Below are positions 21,209-29,770 of a stretch of 32,000 bases of DNA, piece by piece; the stretch's first letter is position 1; each line of letters starts with the position of its first letter. The position numbers and the translations under genes are program-made. The stretch comes from Eikenella glucosivorans (GTDB taxonomy: Bacteria; Pseudomonadota; Gammaproteobacteria; Burkholderiales; Neisseriaceae): NCBI RefSeq assembly GCF_016025525.2, contig NZ_JACSGR010000007.1, positions 208,679 to 240,678 on the forward strand. Reading direction: 5' to 3'. The notes under the pieces are model-generated. The model saw nothing but the letters and a program-made list of their open reading frames with translations, did not search any database and was not told where the DNA came from.

Positions 21209-21551
21209 ACTTTCTAGCTTTCCAAAATATCAGTAACACCGCATGACTCACCGCAATCAACCCGAGGATAAACGGAACAAATACGATTCGTTGGCGATAA
21301 AAAACAAACACCAGCGTCATTAGAACGACCGCCAGTACTATTTTTAAACCTTCTCCAATCCAAAACGCGCCGTCCCGCCATTTGGGGAAACGCCGAAGAA
21401 ACCTTAAAACCAGTACCGCCAGAACGGTCGGCAACAGATAACACAAACAACCCAACGCCGCCGATTCAGCCGCAGCAGCGCCGGAAAACACCCAAAAAAC
21501 AGCAACCAACATCACCGTTACCGCCAACTGGAGCCAAATTGCTGCTGCCAT
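21198..21551 (-). CDS. atpI: ATP synthase accessory protein I
   Basis: Small 4-TM protein directly upstream of atpB, overlapping it by 11 nt. I chose the ATG at 21551 because the ORF-track TTG start (21587) falls inside the predicted -10 box. Confidence 0.75.
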   Translation of the reverse strand: MAAAIWLQLAVTVMLVAVFWVFSGAAAAESAALGCLCYLLPTVLAVLVLRFLRRFPKWRDGAFWIGEGLKIVLAVVLMTLVFVFYRQRIVFVPFILGLIAVSHAVLLIFWKARKYGQ

Positions 21552-21586
21552 ATATCCGTCTTTATTCGCTAAACAATAGCGGCGCA

Positions 21587-21615
21587 AATATAAGCAAAAG
21601 CAGGCTTAATGTCAA
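21587..21615 (-). promoter_or_regulatory. Candidate sigma70 promoter of the atp operon
   Basis: The minus strand reads TTGACA (21615-21610), a 17-nt spacer, then TATATT (21592-21587). This is about 36 nt upstream of the atpI ATG. Confidence 0.55.
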
Positions 21616-21798
21616 GAAAAGTGTTAATCTTTGTCAAATAATTTCCACTTAAAACGCAGCCTACCCAATTATCCGCCAACAACACTCTTGCCGCCTCTTG
21701 GCTACCTGAAAATCAAGCTTAAACCAAATCTAAAACAACATATTATAATCAGTCAAACCTAGATTCCCGTAAGCCAAACTTGCCGGCTGCCGTTTCAT

Positions 21799-22662
21799 TT
21801 ATTCAGGCAAATCCACATTCAGCTGCCGCATCAGCCGGGCGAAGGTTTCCGGGCTGTCAAAATGCAACACCACCTTGCCGCGCTTGCCGTTGCCGGTTTG
21901 CACTTCCGCTCGCACGCCCAGCTTTTCCGTGAGCACTTCGTTCAGGTGCAGGATATCGGGGCTGACGGTTTTCGGCTTTTTCTCTTGCTGCGCCTGTTGC
22001 GCCAGCTGGCTGCGCCGCTCCACTTCGCGCACCGACCAGCCGTTTTTCACGGCCTTTTGCGCCAGCGCCAGCTGCTCCATCACCGGCAGCGGCAGCAGCG
22101 CGCGCGCGTGCCCCATTTCCAGCTGGCGCAGAAACAGCATTTCCTGCACCGGCTCGGGCAGAGCCAACAGGCGCAGGCTGTTCGACACCGCACTACGGCT
22201 GCGCCCCACGGCTTTGGCCACGGTTTCGTGCGTGAGGCCGAACTCGTCCACCAGCCGCCGCAAGCCCTGCGCCTCTTCAATCGGATTGAGGTTTTCGCGC
22301 TGGATGTTTTCAATCAAGCCCATGGCCAGCGCGGCTTCGTCGCCGATGCTTTTGATCACCACGGGGATTTCGGCCAAACCGGCCAGCTGGCTGGCGCGCC
22401 AGCGGCGTTCGCCGGCGATCAGCTCGTATTGCGAGAGGCCGTGTTCGCGCACAATCACAGGCTGGATCACACCCTGCGCCTTAATCGAATCGGCCAGCTC
22501 CTGCAGGCTGTCATCGTCCATCTGCGAGCGCGGCTGATAGCGGCCGGGCTTGATGTCGCGCACCAGCACGCTGGTGAGCCGGTCGCCGCTGCTGTCGCCG
22601 ATGGCGCCGGCCAGCAGCGAATCCAAGCCCCGACCGCCGAGGCCGCTTTTGGGTTTTGCCAT
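21799..22662 (-). CDS. parB: Chromosome partitioning protein ParB (Spo0J family)
   Basis: 287 aa, with the ParB box IQPVIVRE...YELIAGERRWRA and the HTH segment TQEEVA-like THETVAKAVGRSRSAVSNSLRLL. Confidence 0.93.
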   Translation of the reverse strand: MAKPKSGLGGRGLDSLLAGAIGDSSGDRLTSVLVRDIKPGRYQPRSQMDDDSLQELADSIKAQGVIQPVIVREHGLSQYELIAGERRWRASQLAGLAEIPVVIKSIGDEAALAMGLIENIQRENLNPIEEAQGLRRLVDEFGLTHETVAKAVGRSRSAVSNSLRLLALPEPVQEMLFLRQLEMGHARALLPLPVMEQLALAQKAVKNGWSVREVERRSQLAQQAQQEKKPKTVSPDILHLNEVLTEKLGVRAEVQTGNGKRGKVVLHFDSPETFARLMRQLNVDLPE

Positions 22663-22688
22663 ATTGTTGTTCCCTGGTTCATTTATTT

Positions 22689-22814
22689 TTCAGGTAGCCT
22701 CAGCAAGGAAGGCTACCTGAAAATCATTGGGCTACCTGAAAATGTTGCACTCAAATGCGGTTTCAGCCAGCCGGTATTTTCAGGTAGCCTTTACGGCTTG
22801 AAAGGCTGCCTGAA
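22689..22814. repeat. Cluster of five DUS-type 12-mers upstream of parB, including two dialect variants
   Basis: - TTCAGGTAGCCT at 22689-22700
- AGGCTACCTGAA at 22710-22721
- GGGCTACCTGAA at 22729-22740
- TTCAGGTAGCCT at 22779-22790
- AGGCTGCCTGAA at 22803-22814. Confidence 0.9.
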
Positions 22815-22987
22815 AGTGTGAACTTCAATGAAGTTAAAACGTGTAACGAGGGTTTCCGCGAAGCCAAAATGCAAGCCTACCGCGCTTAAACCCTGTTTGG
22901 CACGGCCGAAGCAGCGTTTCCATTGAAGCTGTATGCCGCATCCGAAACCGCGCCTATTCTAGCACAGCGCCGCGCCGGCCCACGCCG

Positions 22988-23710
22988 CTAAAAATCACCC
23001 CACAGCGCCTGCATCGCCGCCAGCGCCGCCAGCGCCGCCGTTTCCGTGCGCAACACGCGCGCGCCCAGCCGCACCGGCTGGAAACCGTGCGAACGCGCCA
23101 GCGCTTCCTCCTTCGCCGTCAAACCGCCTTCCGGCCCAATCAGCAGCACTGCATTTTGCACTTTCGGCAGGCTGCGCAGCGGCACACCATCGTGCGGGCT
23201 CAGCAGCAAGCGCGCGCCCGCTTCCGCCGGCAAAGCAGCCAGCGCCTGTGCCAAATCGGCAATCGGCGCCACTTGCGGCACTTGGTTGCGCCCGCATTGT
23301 TCGCAGGCCGAGATAGCGATATCCTGCCAGCGCCGCACCTTCTTCTCCGCCCGCTCACCTTGCAGCCGCACGTTCGAGCGCGCGGCAACCACCGGTACAA
23401 TCCGCCCCACGCCCAACTCCGTGCTCTTCTGCACGGCAAAATCCATTTTTTCCGAAGCCGACACCGCCTGCAGCAATGTAACCGCGAGCGGCGATTCACG
23501 CGATTCCGTGAGCAGCTTGTCCACCCGCGCCAGCGCCTGCCTGCGCCCAATTTCCAGCAACACTGCCTGCGCCGCGCCGCCACGCCCGTCGAACAACACC
23601 AAGGGCGCGCCCGCCTGCAACCGCAGCACCTGGATATGCCGGCAGACATTTTCAGGTAGCCTCAGCACCCCGCCCTCGGCAAAAGTTTGCGCAACATAAA
23701 AACGCGGCAT
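22988..23710 (-). CDS. rsmE: 16S rRNA (uracil1498-N3)-methyltransferase
   Basis: 240 aa. N-terminus MPRFYV, and a C-terminal SPOUT-knot motif LLIGPEGGLT...LG.RVLRTETAA. An in-frame DUS lies at 23651-23662. Confidence 0.9.
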   Translation of the reverse strand: MPRFYVAQTFAEGGVLRLPENVCRHIQVLRLQAGAPLVLFDGRGGAAQAVLLEIGRRQALARVDKLLTESRESPLAVTLLQAVSASEKMDFAVQKSTELGVGRIVPVVAARSNVRLQGERAEKKVRRWQDIAISACEQCGRNQVPQVAPIADLAQALAALPAEAGARLLLSPHDGVPLRSLPKVQNAVLLIGPEGGLTAKEEALARSHGFQPVRLGARVLRTETAALAALAAMQALWGDF

Positions 23711-23784
23711 TTGTTGTTTACCCCGAAAAATGGTTAATATCCCGTTTCTATTTCTATCAGAAAACCCATTGGGAAGGAAAGATT

Positions 23785-24576
23785 TTGCTAACCCGTTTGA
23801 CGGAACTGGTGCGCGAAGTGGCGCAAACCGCTGTGATGCCGCGCTTTCTCAACGCCGCCGTCAGCACCAAAAGCGACGGCAGCCGCCTCACCGAGGCCGA
23901 CCTGCACGCCCAAGCCCTGTTTGCCGAATGCCTGCCGCAGCTCATCGCCTGCCCGATGCTGGGCGAAGAAATGGGCGCCGACGAACAGCTCGCCATGTGG
24001 CGGCGGCATGCCCAAAGCGGGCTGTGGGTGGTCGACCCCATCGACGGCACCAACAACTTCATCAACGGCCTGCCGCACTTCGCCCTCTCCGTGGCCTATG
24101 TCCGGCACGGCCGCAGCCGGCTGGGCGCGGTGTTCCACCCCATGATGCGGGAAATGTTTGCCGCCGAACACGGGCGCGGCGCCAGCCTCAACGGCCGGGC
24201 CCTGCCGCTGCACCACACGCCCAAACGGCTAAACGAAGCCATCGCCGGCGTGGAAGTGAAATACCTGCGCTCCGGCAAACTCGCCAGCCGCATGCAAACC
24301 CTCCACCCCTTCGGCTCCCAGCGCAGCATGGGCTCCAGCACGCTCGACTGGTGCTACCTCGCCGCCGGCCGCTACGACCTCTATCTGCACGGCGGACAAA
24401 AACTGTGGGACTACGCCGCCGGCGCCCTGATCTACGAAGAAGCCGGCGGCCGACTCGCCACGCTCGAAGGCGACGGTTTCTGGAGCGGCGAGCACGTGTT
24501 CAAACGCTCCGTGATCGCCGGCTTGCAGCCCGACCTGTTCGAGCGCTGGCTAGCTTGGATCCGCGCCAACCAATAG
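23785..24576 (+). CDS. Inositol monophosphatase family protein (SuhB/CysQ-like)
   Basis: 263 aa, with the IMPase signature WVVDPIDGTNNF and the C-terminal WDYAAG motif. The start is TTG, preceded by GGAAGGAAAG. Confidence 0.85.
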   Translation: MLTRLTELVREVAQTAVMPRFLNAAVSTKSDGSRLTEADLHAQALFAECLPQLIACPMLGEEMGADEQLAMWRRHAQSGLWVVDPIDGTNNFINGLPHFALSVAYVRHGRSRLGAVFHPMMREMFAAEHGRGASLNGRALPLHHTPKRLNEAIAGVEVKYLRSGKLASRMQTLHPFGSQRSMGSSTLDWCYLAAGRYDLYLHGGQKLWDYAAGALIYEEAGGRLATLEGDGFWSGEHVFKRSVIAGLQPDLFERWLAWIRANQ

Positions 24577-24579
24577 GAA

Positions 24580-24632
24580 AAGGCTACCTGAAAACGGTGT
24601 CTTGCAAAACAAGGCTGGGTTTTCAGGTAGCC
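24580..24632. terminator. Inverted DUS pair between convergent genes
   Basis: AGGCTACCTGAA at 24580-24591 and TTCAGGTAGCCT at 24621-24632. The pair lies between the stops at 24576 (+) and 24641 (-). Confidence 0.6.
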
Positions 24633-24640
24633 TTTATCCC

Positions 24641-25252
24641 TTATTTATTGCCCGGCGGCACCGTATTCATCATCTCCTGCCAGCGCATCATCAGCTGCTC
24701 CATCTGCGCCGTATCCACCACGCCCAACGTCACAAACAGCGTCCACAACAGCCCCGCCACCACAAACAGCACGCAAAAACTCAGCGCATAACCCAACAAC
24801 ACCTGCCACACCCGCGCCCCGCACAGACGCGCAAAGCCGATTATCGTGGCCACCGTGCCCCACATCGACCACATATCGCCCAACAGCGCCAAGCGCGGCA
24901 CATACACCAGCAGCAGCAACGGCACCACCAACACTTCCGACACCAGCACATAGCCCCACAGCCACACCCGCCGGCCCGACACCGCGCCCATCAGCTTATC
25001 CATCACCGTGCTGAACACCGGCCACTTCACCAGCTGCAGGCAAAACATCAGCGCCATGATGCCGTGCTGCCCGCTCAACAGCGGCGCCATCATCGCCGTG
25101 TTCACCGCCGCCGCCACCAGCAGCGCGCCCAACATATCGTGCAGCGGATACACATATTCATCGGCGGGGCGGAATTGCAGCCGCATCAGGTTGGCGGCAT
25201 CGGAAATCAGTCGGTACATGGCAAAGCGCTTCGGCGGAACAAAAGGCCGCAT
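24641..25252 (-). CDS. Hypothetical polytopic inner-membrane protein (about 5 TM helices, possibly Yip1-like)
   Basis: The ORF is on the strand opposite a low-complexity His/Arg/Gln-rich artefact ORF. It has five clear hydrophobic helices. The start is ambiguous: TTG at 25261, ATG at 25252 or ATG at 25219. Confidence 0.6.
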   Translation of the reverse strand: MRPFVPPKRFAMYRLISDAANLMRLQFRPADEYVYPLHDMLGALLVAAAVNTAMMAPLLSGQHGIMALMFCLQLVKWPVFSTVMDKLMGAVSGRRVWLWGYVLVSEVLVVPLLLLVYVPRLALLGDMWSMWGTVATIIGFARLCGARVWQVLLGYALSFCVLFVVAGLLWTLFVTLGVVDTAQMEQLMMRWQEMMNTVPPGNK

Positions 25253-25412
25253 TATAGCCAAAGCCCCGTTTTCTTCCTACGGCGCGGGCGGCCGGAGGCT
25301 ACCTGAAATTTTTCATCCGCCCGAAACTCCACATGCCGGATAAACCAAACATATTGCGCTTCCCGAATTTCGCAAACAGCCCGCCAACCCTGATAACAAT
25401 CCGCGGCAACTT

Positions 25413-25441
25413 TTCAGGTAGCCTGAAAGAGGCTACCTGAA
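25413..25441. repeat. Inverted DUS pair upstream of murJ
   Basis: TTCAGGTAGCCT at 25413-25424 and AGGCTACCTGAA at 25430-25441. A further single copy lies at 25296-25307. Confidence 0.9.
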
Positions 25442-25511
25442 AACCAAACATTCCCCCCGCCCGGCCCTTGCGGTAAACTGGCGCCCGTTTTATCCACAGG
25501 TATGCAAAAGA

Positions 25512-27050
25512 ATGAACCTTCTCGGAGCCCTGGCCAGAATCGGCAGCATGACCATGCTCTCACGCGTGCTCGGCTTTGTGCGCGACGCGGTATTGGCGCG
25601 GATTTTCGGCGCGGGCATCGCCATGGACGCCTTCGTGGTGGCCTTCCGCCTGCCCAACCTGCTGCGCCGCATTTTTGCCGAAGGCGCATTTTCGCAGGCT
25701 TTCGTGCCGATTTTGGCGGAATTCAAGCAAAAAAAATCGCCGGAAGAAACGCAGCAATTTGTGCAGCATGTGGCCGGGATGCTGATGTTTGCATTGCTCA
25801 TCGTAACCGCCATCGGCGTGCTGGCGGCGCCGGCGGTGATTTGGGCCACGGCCAGCGGCTGGGGCGGCAAGCCGGAGAAATTTGCGCTGGCTTCGCAGCT
25901 TTTGCGGATTATTTTCCCGTATATCCTGCTGATTTCGCTTTCCTCCCTGGTGGGCAGCATTTTAAACACTTATGGCCGCTTTTCCGTGCCGGCCTTCACG
26001 CCGGTGCTGTTGAATGTGTCGCTGATCGGCTTTGCACTCTTGGGGGCGCGGTATTTCGAGCAGCCGGTGATGGCGCTGGGCTGGGGCGTGTTTTGCGGCG
26101 GGGTGCTGCAGTTGGTGTTCCAGCTGCCGTGGCTGTTTAGGCTGGGCTTTTTGAAAATGCCGAAGCTGCATTTCGGCGACCCGGCGGTAAACCGCGTGAT
26201 CAGGCAGATGGCGCCGGCGATTTTGGGCACTTCTGTGGCGCAGGTGTCCTTGGTGATCAACACCAATATCGCGTCCTACCTGCAAAGCGGCAGCGTGTCG
26301 TGGATGTATTTTGCCGACCGGCTGATGGAGCTGCCCACGGGTGTGTTGGGCGTGGCGCTGGGCACGATCCTGCTGCCCGGCCTCTCCAAACACGCGGCCA
26401 CGGGCGACCGGCGCGAATTTTCGGCGCTGTTGGATTGGGGCCTGCGCCTGTGCCTGCTGCTCACGGCGCCGGCGGCGGTGGGCATGGCGGTGCTGGCCTT
26501 CCCGCTGGTGGCCACGCTGTTTATGTACAATAAAATCGGCGTAAACGATGCGCTGATGACGCAGCAGGCGCTGATTGCCTATTCGGTGGGGCTCTTGGGG
26601 TTGATTCTGATTAAGGTGCTGGCGCCGGGCTTTTATGCGCAGAAAAACATCAAAACGCCGGTGAAAGTGGCGATTGTTACATTGGTGTGCACGCAGCTGA
26701 TGAATTTGATGTTTGTGTGGAAGCTGCACCATGCGGGGCTGGCGCTCTCCATCAGCCTGGGGGCGTGCATCAATGCGGCGTTTCTTTATATGCTGCTGCG
26801 GGTGAAGGAGATGTATCAGCCCAAGGCGGGCTGGCGCGCGTTTCTGCTGAAGCTGGCGGTGGCGCTGGCGGTGATGGCCGGCGGGCTGCTGGCGGCGCAG
26901 CATTATGCGACGCTGGAATGGGTGCAGGTGGGCGGGCTGCGGCGCACGGTGCAGCTGTTTGCGCTGATCGGCTTTGGCATGGTGCTGTATTTTGCCACGC
27001 TGGGGCTGCTGGGCTTCCGGCCGCGCCATTTCAAGCGGCGGGAGGCGTAG
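25512..27050 (+). CDS. murJ: Lipid II flippase MurJ (MviN)
   Basis: 512-aa protein with about 14 TM helices. The N-terminus [35 protein letters not shown]...[27 protein letters not shown] is the canonical MurJ signature. Confidence 0.96.
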   Translation: MNLLGALARIGSMTMLSRVLGFVRDAVLARIFGAGIAMDAFVVAFRLPNLLRRIFAEGAFSQAFVPILAEFKQKKSPEETQQFVQHVAGMLMFALLIVTAIGVLAAPAVIWATASGWGGKPEKFALASQLLRIIFPYILLISLSSLVGSILNTYGRFSVPAFTPVLLNVSLIGFALLGARYFEQPVMALGWGVFCGGVLQLVFQLPWLFRLGFLKMPKLHFGDPAVNRVIRQMAPAILGTSVAQVSLVINTNIASYLQSGSVSWMYFADRLMELPTGVLGVALGTILLPGLSKHAATGDRREFSALLDWGLRLCLLLTAPAAVGMAVLAFPLVATLFMYNKIGVNDALMTQQALIAYSVGLLGLILIKVLAPGFYAQKNIKTPVKVAIVTLVCTQLMNLMFVWKLHHAGLALSISLGACINAAFLYMLLRVKEMYQPKAGWRAFLLKLAVALAVMAGGLLAAQHYATLEWVQVGGLRRTVQLFALIGFGMVLYFATLGLLGFRPRHFKRREA

Positions 27051-27124
27051 CATGATTTTGGTTTTGCGGGAACAATGCCTCGCTGCGCCGATACATCGTT
27101 TTGATGCAATCCGCTTCACTTATT

Positions 27125-27161
27125 TTCAGGTAGCCTTCCCCGCCGCTTGAGGCTACCTGAA
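27125..27161. repeat. Inverted DUS pair after murJ
   Basis: TTCAGGTAGCCT at 27125-27136 and AGGCTACCTGAA at 27150-27161. Confidence 0.9.
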
Positions 27162-27197
27162 AATAACAGCATCACCGCTTCCGCCACACAAAACAAT

Positions 27198-27228
27198 CCG
27201 CCGGCAAGCTCGTGTCGCTTGCCGGCGG
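27198..27228 (-). terminator. 12-bp GC-rich hairpin downstream of the small membrane-protein gene
   Basis: CCGCCGGCAAGC (27198-27209), a 7-nt loop, then GCTTGCCGGCGG (27217-27228). The minus strand continues GATTGTTTTGTGT. Confidence 0.6.
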
Positions 27229-27247
27229 ATTTGATCGCTTGAAACGC

Positions 27248-27466
27248 TTAATCGTCTTCATCCTCTGCCAAGTCGGGATGCTCAGCCTGGTTGCGGCCCA
27301 TCAGCCACAGCACGCCGCCCACCACGATGAGCGCAATCTTGATGCCCCAGGCCACGCCATCGCCCCAGTTGTAAATCCAAAACAAGGCTTTCGGCACATA
27401 GTTGAAAAGGTCCAGAAAAATCGCCAAAACGCCCAACACCGCCAAGGTGCTGCCAAAGTTTTGCAT
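27248..27466 (-). CDS. Hypothetical 72-aa two-TM membrane protein with an acidic C-tail
   Basis: It has an ATG start, two hydrophobic helices, the C-terminus PDLAEDEDD, and a terminator hairpin downstream. It is divergent from luxS. Confidence 0.5.
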   Translation of the reverse strand: MQNFGSTLAVLGVLAIFLDLFNYVPKALFWIYNWGDGVAWGIKIALIVVGGVLWLMGRNQAEHPDLAEDEDD

Positions 27467-27589
27467 AGTCGTCTCTTTTTTATTGGTTAAGAAGGGAGCC
27501 GGATTTTACACAAAACATGCATTTTTTCAAGCACGCCGCGAAAATGATATGATAGCGCCCTCGCAATCCCAACCCGCAAAGGAAACCCC

Positions 27590-28099
27590 ATGCCCCTGCT
27601 CGACAGCTTCACCGTAGACCACACCAAAATGCACGCCCCCGCCGTGCGCGTGGCCAAAAACATGCGCACCCCAAAAGGCGACGACATCACCGTGTTCGAC
27701 CTGCGCTTCTGCGTGCCCAACCAAGAAATCCTGCCCGAAAAAGGCATCCACACCCTCGAACACCTGTTTGCCGGCTTCATGCGCGATCATCTCAACGGCG
27801 CAAACGTGGAAATCATCGACATCTCCCCCATGGGCTGCCGCACCGGCTTCTACATGAGCGTAATCGGCACCCCCAGCGAAGAAGCCGTGGCCGCCGCCTG
27901 GCAGGCCGCCATGCAAGACATCCTCCAAGTGCAAAACCAAAGCCAAATCCCCGAGCTGAACGAATACCAATGCGGCACCTACCGCATGCACTCCCTGCAA
28001 GAAGCCCAAGACATCGCCCGCCACATCCTCTCCCGCAAAATCGGCATCAACAAAAACGCCGAGCTTGCCCTGAGCGAAGACATCCTCGGCAAACTGTAA
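27590..28099 (+). CDS. luxS: S-ribosylhomocysteine lyase (AI-2 synthase)
   Basis: 169 aa. It has [14 protein letters not shown], the metal-binding HTLEHL motif, and [19 protein letters not shown] lies upstream. Confidence 0.97.
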   Translation: MPLLDSFTVDHTKMHAPAVRVAKNMRTPKGDDITVFDLRFCVPNQEILPEKGIHTLEHLFAGFMRDHLNGANVEIIDISPMGCRTGFYMSVIGTPSEEAVAAAWQAAMQDILQVQNQSQIPELNEYQCGTYRMHSLQEAQDIARHILSRKIGINKNAELALSEDILGKL

Positions 28100-28117
28100 A
28101 CACCGCGTGCATTAAAG

Positions 28118-28149
28118 AGGCTACCTGAAAACCATTTTTCAGGTAGCCT
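28118..28149 (+). terminator. Inverted DUS pair hairpin after luxS
   Basis: AGGCTACCTGAA at 28118-28129 and TTCAGGTAGCCT at 28138-28149. Confidence 0.6.
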
Positions 28150-28193
28150 CCATCGCCCTAGCCAGACAACCAAAACATTTGAAACAAAGCATC

Positions 28194-28409
28194 ATGCAAA
28201 CCTTCTCCCTCAACGGCCACGAACACATCGCCCTGTGCGACCTGCTCAAACTCAGCGGCCTCGCCAGCAGCGGCGGCCAGGCCAAAGCCTGGATCGCCGA
28301 AGGCCGCATCCGCCGCAACGGCACGCCCGAAACCCGCAAAACCGCCAAAATCCGCGCCGGCGAAATCATCGAGCTGGACGATGGCAGCACGATTGAAGTG
28401 CAGGAATAA
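28194..28409 (+). CDS. ybcJ: S4-like RNA-binding protein YbcJ family
   Basis: 71 aa from the ATG at 28194: MQTFSLNGHEHIALCDLLKLSGLASSGGQAKAWIAEGRIRRNG.PETRK..KIRAGE. This is the typical YbcJ pattern. Confidence 0.8.
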   Translation: MQTFSLNGHEHIALCDLLKLSGLASSGGQAKAWIAEGRIRRNGTPETRKTAKIRAGEIIELDDGSTIEVQE

Positions 28410-28485
28410 AACCGCCGGATACCGCAGCAAATAAAAAGATAGCTTATTGCGTGTCAATAATCCTTTACGTTTCTTTACCGTATAG

Positions 28486-28532
28486 CCAAGCTGCCCCACA
28501 TTGACAAATCAACGTGGGCAGCTTGGTTTTTT
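28486..28532 (+). terminator. Palindromic hairpin plus T6 at the junction between the core genome and the IS110/prophage segment
   Basis: CCAAGCTGCCCCAC (28486-28499), a 14-nt loop, GTGGGCAGCTTGG (28514-28526), then TTTTTT (28527-28532). It ends 6 nt before the recombinase stop codon on the other strand. Confidence 0.55.
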
Positions 28533-28538
28533 ATGGTT

Positions 28539-29504
28539 CTATTGTGTGCTATTCCTTGCCTGATACCGCTCCGGCTCGAAGTCCTGCCCAGTCTTTATCA
28601 GATGGAAGGCAATCACAGCCAATTTTCGCATCAAAGCCACAATGATGACTTTCGGCGGTTTCTTTTTCTCTTTAAGCCGTTCAATAAATGCCGGAAAGGC
28701 TTTGTCCCGATAGGCGACCATGGCGGGCATAAACAGGGCGGCGCGCAAATCGTTTTGGCCGAACTTGGATATCCGGCTAGGCTTATTCAGGCTGCTGCCA
28801 GATTGCCGATGCCTGGGATCTAGGCCTAGATAGGCCACCAGTTCGGAAGCTTTGTTAAAGCGGCCATGTTGCAGCAAGGTAAACAGGACGGCCGCGGAAG
28901 TGAGGCCGATGCCCGGAATGGTTTGCAGCCGTTTGATTTTGTCCGCATGCTCTTCATCCTGTTTCAATAGCTGTTTGATTTGCTGGTTTACCATTTTAAT
29001 CTGCTCGTTCAAATGGCTGATGCTTTGATTCAGGTAGCCTTGTAGGTAGTCCGGTGCGGTTTGCCGTTTGGTTTCCTCTCCCGCCCGCTGCCGTTTCAGG
29101 CGTATCAGGTAGCGGTTCAAATCGCGCAACTGCTGCTGTGCTTCGGTCAATGGCTTCCATGGCTCCGGTTGTACCATTTGGCTGTATTGCGCTATCAGCT
29201 TGGCATCCTGTTTGTCGGTTTTGGAGCGTTTGAATACTGCCATCCCGAACGATTTTATCCAGTAGGGATTAACTACCGAAACCGTATAAAGGCGGCTGAA
29301 ATAGTCTGCCGCCTGTTCGTAGTAAATGCCGGTGTATTCCATGCAGATATGCAGGTTGTTTTCCGCATCGTGCGCCTGTAGCCATTTGCGCAATCTGGCA
29401 TAGCCTACCTGATGGTTGTCAATGATGATTTCCGCCGTTTTACCGTCGTCCAGCAGCAGGCAGCAATCCAATTTGTGCTTCGATACGTCTATTCCGAGGT
29501 GCAT
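28539..29504 (-). CDS. IS110-family (DEDD/Piv-type) transposase-recombinase
   Basis: 321 aa from the ATG at 29504.
- N-terminal RuvC-like DEDD motifs: MHLGIDVSK, CMEYTGIYY, KTDKQDAKLIA.
- C-terminal Transposase_20-type domain: IPGIGLTSAA...RQSGSS...ISKFGQNDLRAAL.
- One in-frame DUS lies at 29029-29040. Confidence 0.9.
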   Translation of the reverse strand: MHLGIDVSKHKLDCCLLLDDGKTAEIIIDNHQVGYARLRKWLQAHDAENNLHICMEYTGIYYEQAADYFSRLYTVSVVNPYWIKSFGMAVFKRSKTDKQDAKLIAQYSQMVQPEPWKPLTEAQQQLRDLNRYLIRLKRQRAGEETKRQTAPDYLQGYLNQSISHLNEQIKMVNQQIKQLLKQDEEHADKIKRLQTIPGIGLTSAAVLFTLLQHGRFNKASELVAYLGLDPRHRQSGSSLNKPSRISKFGQNDLRAALFMPAMVAYRDKAFPAFIERLKEKKKPPKVIIVALMRKLAVIAFHLIKTGQDFEPERYQARNSTQ

Positions 29505-29566
29505 AAATTTAACCTTATCAATGCGGATTCGGCTGTGCCGTTCCAAGATAGCTTCCAAATTCAGGT

Positions 29567-29639
29567 AAAAAAAGAATCCGTGTCCCCATCTTTTTACCGA
29601 CTTCAAGAGTCAGGCTACACCTTTCGGGCTCACGGATTC
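29567..29639 (-). terminator. Long stem plus U7 tract between zot and the recombinase gene (a terminator, or the 3' end of a structured ncRNA)
   Basis: On the minus strand, GAATCCGTG (29639-29631) pairs with CACGGATTC (29582-29574). The stem encloses a sub-hairpin (CCtGACT/AGTCGG) and is followed by TTTTTTT (29573-29567). A separate 7-bp hairpin GATTCGG/CCGAATC lies at 29643-29664. Confidence 0.5.
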
Positions 29640-29662
29640 TGTGATTCGGTCATGACTCCGAA

Positions 29663-29770
29663 TCATTTAAAAAAAGTACGCAATAACGATGCCAATTGTC
29701 TGACTATCAAAGAAACGGTGCTGGAAACGAAACGGCGTAGGACGAAGTTTTTCCAGTAATGGCGCGGCAT
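29663..29770 (-). CDS. Candidate 35-aa basic small ORF downstream of zot
   Basis: The sequence is MPRHYWKNFVLRRFVSSTVSLIVRQLASLLRTFFK. A strong SD (GGAAGGA) lies 7 nt upstream of the ATG. There is no homology evidence, and inoviruses commonly carry such mini-genes. Confidence 0.3.
   Translation of the reverse strand: MPRHYWKNFVLRRFVSSTVSLIVRQLASLLRTFFK

Noticed and set aside
22689-22814. DUS cluster as a CRISPR-like or tandem-repeat array
   Set aside because: The orientations are mixed and the spacing is irregular. The units are the genome-wide uptake sequence.
22826-22850. parS-like sequence GTTAAAACGTGTAAC upstream of parB
   Set aside because: Only the central CGTG and a few flanking bases match TGTTTCACGTGAAACA. 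It is not palindromic.
23730-24791. 353-aa plus-strand ORF overlapping the IMPase-family gene in another frame
   Set aside because: It is an extremely Arg/Pro-rich translation. The frame beginning at 23785 carries the IMPase signature WVVDPIDGTNNF.
25962-27119. 385-aa ORF antisense to murJ. Similar cases are 3543-4463 (vs yjgR), 5387-6202 (vs pyrB), 8542-9561 (vs the phosphatase), 10943-11746 (vs rpoH), 12722-13609 (vs lnt), 13815-14462 (vs coaD) and 21862-22821 (vs parB).
   Set aside because: All are Arg/His/Gln/Pro-rich low-complexity translations opposite strongly supported genes.
29263-29275. GGATTAAC match to the Correia terminal repeat inside the recombinase gene
   Set aside because: It is only an 8-mer, it lies in the coding sequence, and it has no inverted partner.
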